The notes beneath the pieces were generated by a model, which did not search any database, was not told the origin of the DNA, and worked only from the letters and a program-made list of their open reading frames with translations. Positions 60,649 to 64,000 of a DNA stretch of 64,000 nt are shown one piece after another. A program made the position numbers and the translations under genes. This DNA comes from Clytia hemisphaerica (taxonomy: Eukaryota): the NCBI RefSeq assembly GCF_902728285.1, contig NW_027104472.1, positions 1,127,681 through 1,191,680 on the forward strand, read 5' to 3'. Each line of letters begins with the position of its first letter. Position 1 is the stretch's first letter.

Positions 60649-60807
60649 GGGGCTCCAGAAATTCTTCTACAACCTTCAGTGATGAATCAATAACAGAAAA
60701 CAGTTCTCCAAATATTCCAAGAAAGAAGACAGTTAAGCAAGTGCCTAGAAGACATACAGAAACGGACACTGTGCGCTCCACACCACGTTCAAACAGCTTC
60801 ACAAAAG
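60649..60807 (+). CDS. Coiled-coil/PDZ gene, exon h (Ser/Thr/Arg-rich linker)
   Basis: Acceptor ttttataccaaag (ag at 60647-60648). Translation (R)GSRNSSTTFSDESITENSSPNIPRKKTVKQVPRRHTETDTVRSTPRSNSFTK. Donor G|GTATTA at 60808, phase 1. Confidence 0.45.
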
Positions 60808-60978
60808 GTATTATTTGGAATAAAAACATTAGCCAAAGTGTCATAGGAATCAGAAAACAGCTGTTTTATTTGAGAGGGCTGTTACTAAGTAATTGTCTGT
60901 CGAATATTTTGACTTAAAGAAGAATTGAATGATTGTCTCCGTAAGCAACTTAATAAGTGTTCTCTGTTTATTATATAG

Positions 60979-61288
60979 ATGTGCAAGAAATATATCAACC
61001 TGTATCTATACCATCGGCATCACAATCCACCCAGTTTAAAAGTAACCAAAATACTGACATACCCAAAATCCAACCACGTCCAATCCAACACGATAAAAAG
61101 TCATTGTCGGATCCTGTTGTGACAATAGAAAAATCACCAGTGGTTCACCGCAATCCTGTGGGTACAGCCCAACCCTTTAAGATTCAAAGACAAGTCTCTG
61201 GTTTGAAGAATGGTTTTGAAGAAAAAAGTCCCAGCATTATGCAAAGTGACGGTGTTGACTTAATCGAATATGATGGAGAAAGCGCTTC
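60979..61288 (+). CDS. Coiled-coil/PDZ gene, exon i
   Basis: Acceptor tttattatatag (ag at 60977-60978). Translation (D)VQEIYQPVSIPSASQSTQFKSNQNTDIPKIQPRPIQHDKKSLSDPVVTIEKSPVVHRNPVGTAQPFKIQRQVSGLKNGFEEKSPSIMQSDGVDLIEYDGESA(S). Donor TC|GTAAGA at 61289, phase 2. Confidence 0.5.
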
Positions 61289-61766
61289 GTAAGACATATT
61301 CACCCGGTGGTGGTAGGGTGGGGCTATAGTACCTATTTAATTTCATTTAAGGAGCCCCATTGGCTCACGTGAGAGTGTGATTGAAGTTACTTTTGGAGGC
61401 TTGACCTGATATACAATATTTTCTAGCACCATTATGGACTAAGAGCCATTTACCCTTTGACCTCAGTACGTGTTTTTGATTGACTATTTTTCTATATAGT
61501 CTATAAATTTTTTTGTAAATAATGCGAATCAAGTTTTAGCTATCATTGGTGATGGCGATGAGAGAAAAACGTGCTGCATGGTCCAAACTACCATTAGTGC
61601 CTTTAACAGTCATTCATTTCGGTGGCAAATTTAGGAAAAAACAAGTTACATAGAGAGCGACAAAACTGATCCACTGATACTTTGTGCTGAGAGATAAAGT
61701 TTACTTATCCAGGGTTTATGGCTTTCTATCTATCAAAGTTTACTAATAATGACATATTTTCCTTAG

Positions 61767-61929
61767 TGAGTTTGACAAGGTGAAAGTTGACATTAAGGAG
61801 AAAGGAGAAAAAGAAGAAATTGGCTGTGAATTGATTGGTGGTAATAAAATTGGAATTTACATCGATGATGTATCCGTGAATTCGATTGCAGACAGAAGCA
61901 ACATTAAGCGAGGTTGGAGGATTCTTAAG
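61767..61929 (+). CDS. Coiled-coil/PDZ gene, exon j (PDZ domain 2, N-terminal part)
   Basis: Acceptor attttccttag (ag at 61765-61766). Translation (S)EFDKVKVDIKEKGEKEEIGCELIGGNKIGIYIDDVSVNSIADRSNIKRGWRILK. Donor AAG|GTAACA at 61930. Confidence 0.55.
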
Positions 61930-62417
61930 GTAACATAACGCTTAAAGGCCTGGGGCCACTTGAAACATTCTTCATCAAATAGAAACATTTAAAATCTGAA
62001 ACACGCAAAAATTTTCACTTTGATGAAAAAGTTGCTAGTGACCCTACCTCAAAAGATGAAAAGAAATGCTAAACAAATTGATTTCTGAAATAACAAAAAA
62101 TGTTTCGGAAAAATTCATTTGGTCAATACAGCACACATAATCAAAGCAAAAGCAAAGCATAGACCCCCAAAAATAATCACACTTTGAGGAGCCATGTATT
62201 GAATTTCAAGCCCGAAGGGCTAGAGGCGAAACTTTAACCCTTCTCAGGCAAGAGAAATTGAAGCCACTTATTTCCCATCCAAAACGCGCATAGAACGCGC
62301 CGTAATCATGACGACGGATTGTATCTAGAGGTTCCTTTGTTTTGGAGAACTGCATTTTTTTAAATCTAGCGATGGATTTTATTTTCAATCCGACATTTGT
62401 GTAAAAACTTTTTTAAT

Positions 62418-62852
62418 CAGATAAACTTTCGCGGAAATTAAATTTCGCAGATTTCCGCGAAAATCCGCGAAATTTGGAAGGGCCTCATTCGCGAAATTAC
62501 GTACCCGCGAAAAATTTGAAATCTTTCTTCAATGCGCGAAAATTTTAGATTTCTATCGTGGTTTTTTCGTCCCGCAAATCAGACTACTCAAACCCCGGCT
62601 TTGAAGAAAATCTCTTCGTTATTTTTCGAATTCTCGCACACTACCATATCAACATTTTGAGAGAAGTTCTGTCTGCCACCCCGATTTTGCAAAATTTGGA
62701 ATCACTTTAGAAATATACGGATACGGATACGCGAAATTACGCTAAAAATCAGGAACTCCTCATCCGCGAAATTAAGTCCCCGTGAAATTTTTCAATTTCG
62801 CGGATAGGCTCAACCGCGGAATTTAATCCCCGCGAAAATTTATCCCATTAAA
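62418..62852. mobile_element. MITE family E, fragmented third copy
   Basis: cgcggaaattaaatttcgcagatttccgcgaaaatccgcgaaatttggaagggcctcattcgcgaaatt ... cgcggaatttaatccccgcgaaaatttatcccattaaag. Confidence 0.5.
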
Positions 62853-63583
62853 GTGCGCGCGGGCGTTCTGGATAGGAATATAATGGTTTCATTTCCAATG
62901 CATTCAGGAGTCTCACCTCTAGCCCTTCGCACTTGAAACTCAATGGAGGCATGGCATTGAATACGTGGGTGGTCTTGCTCCACCTACTTAATTTCATATA
63001 TTCACAAAGTTGTTACCAGTAATTTGATAGGCTTCTGCTCATCCTCTGGCAAAAAGAGTTCCTTATACTTTCTTTATAGGAAGTATATAGACTTTAATCG
63101 TAGAAATTTTAGCGGAACTAATTTTAGCGTTTTAGCGAGTTTTCCCTATTTTCGCTAAAATAAATCTCGCTAAAACACGCCGAATCGAGGGATCGCTAAA
63201 ATTTATCCGCGCGAATTTCTGGTTATATTGCCTTGATACATTTTTATCAATAGGAAGGGTTTCAGTGTAAAGAAATGCTAGAAAACGAATCCAGTCAATA
63301 ATGTAATACGAGTGTTCGCTAAAATTTTTCCACGCAAAATCTTTTGAAATCGTGATTCGCTAGAATAAATCCAAAAAAAATCAAGATTTTCCTGACTCGC
63401 CGCTAATATACGCTAAAATTAGTCTCGCTATAATTTCTACGATTAATGATTTGAGAGATTCTAAGATTTACATTAAAAAACAATTGCTTATTCTAGTGCA
63501 AATAAAATCCAATGATATGACGTACAAAAATGGTAACCAGCGCAAGCATTGAAAATAACATTACGTTTCATTCTTCATTTTAG

Positions 63584-63689
63584 ATCAATGAACAATCCAT
63601 GAACAATGTGGCACTTTGTTATGCTTACGAGTATTTTTTGAATCAGGAAAAGAAAACCAAAATGACTATCCACTTTGAAATGGTTCCTG
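63584..63689 (+). CDS. Coiled-coil/PDZ gene, exon k (PDZ domain 2, C-terminal part). The gene continues beyond the window.
   Basis: Acceptor ttcttcattttag (ag at 63582-63583). Translation INEQSMNNVALCYAYEYFLNQEKKTKMTIHFEMVP(G). Donor G|GTAAGA at 63690. Confidence 0.55.
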
Positions 63690-64000
63690 GTAAGAAAATG
63701 AATTTTTTACCTTTCCCTTGCTTAGTTAGCCGCGGGTTGTAGACTTTGTTGTAGTAAAGTCTGTCTCAATATAATTTGCAGCGGAGACAAAAAACGCTTT
63801 AACTTTTGATAGAATACGAATTAGATGAAACAAAAAGGTCTATAACTTTTTATAAAATTCGATTGAGATAGCAGTTTTGTGCTTGTTGAAAAGATAATCC
63901 GGAGTGGAATGTTATCAAAAAAGAAAATTAATTAAAAAACACAGATTAAAACTTTGCCCCGGTTCACTTAAAAAAGAGCTCTTTTTTGCTGTTTTTTGAT

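Overview
This 64 kb window is eukaryotic nuclear DNA from an AT-rich invertebrate genome whose species I cannot assign. Genes are split by GT-AG spliceosomal introns. The DNA is dense with MITEs (short non-autonomous transposons with terminal inverted repeats, TIRs), foldback-type transposons and satellites. There are no prokaryotic operons, CRISPR arrays, rRNA or tRNA genes. Gene models, read by hand from the ORF track plus splice-site and phase matching: (1) the 3' half of a receptor tyrosine kinase gene on + at 1001-7551, with TM helix, juxtamembrane segment, kinase domain in 6 exons and a C-terminal tail; it is Trk-like within the Trk/ROR/MuSK/DDR clade, and its ectodomain exons lie upstream of the window. 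(2) A small 3-exon gene on + at 18866-20885 (~107 aa, unknown). (3) An intronless class-A GPCR on + at 26087-26953 carrying a single in-frame TAA. (4) A large 4-exon gene on - at 28459-34303 encoding ~1524 aa: signal peptide, laminin-G-like and PD40/beta-propeller-like ectodomain, ephrin-receptor-like CxxGxYC cysteine repeats, then about 10 TM helices. Its exons are unusually long and its arginine codons are CGT-rich. (5) An intronless 555-aa Cys-rich ORF of unknown family on + at 41241-42908. (6) An 11-exon gene on + at 49657-63689 for a coiled-coil plus two-PDZ-domain protein, continuing past the window end. (7) Minus-strand exons of a secreted PAN/apple-domain protein at 10410-13296. Repeats: two large foldback-like transposons with inverted tandem-subrepeat arms (37328-40906 and 44745-48510, the second carrying degenerate CR1-like LINE reverse-transcriptase fragments); further TIR elements at 35161-36757 and 54383-57070; more than 20 MITE copies from about 10 families, many inside introns; a 155-bp satellite at 16200-17088 ending in a CA microsatellite. 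All coordinates are hand-derived; exon boundaries are exact only where the splice consensus and reading-frame phase agree.
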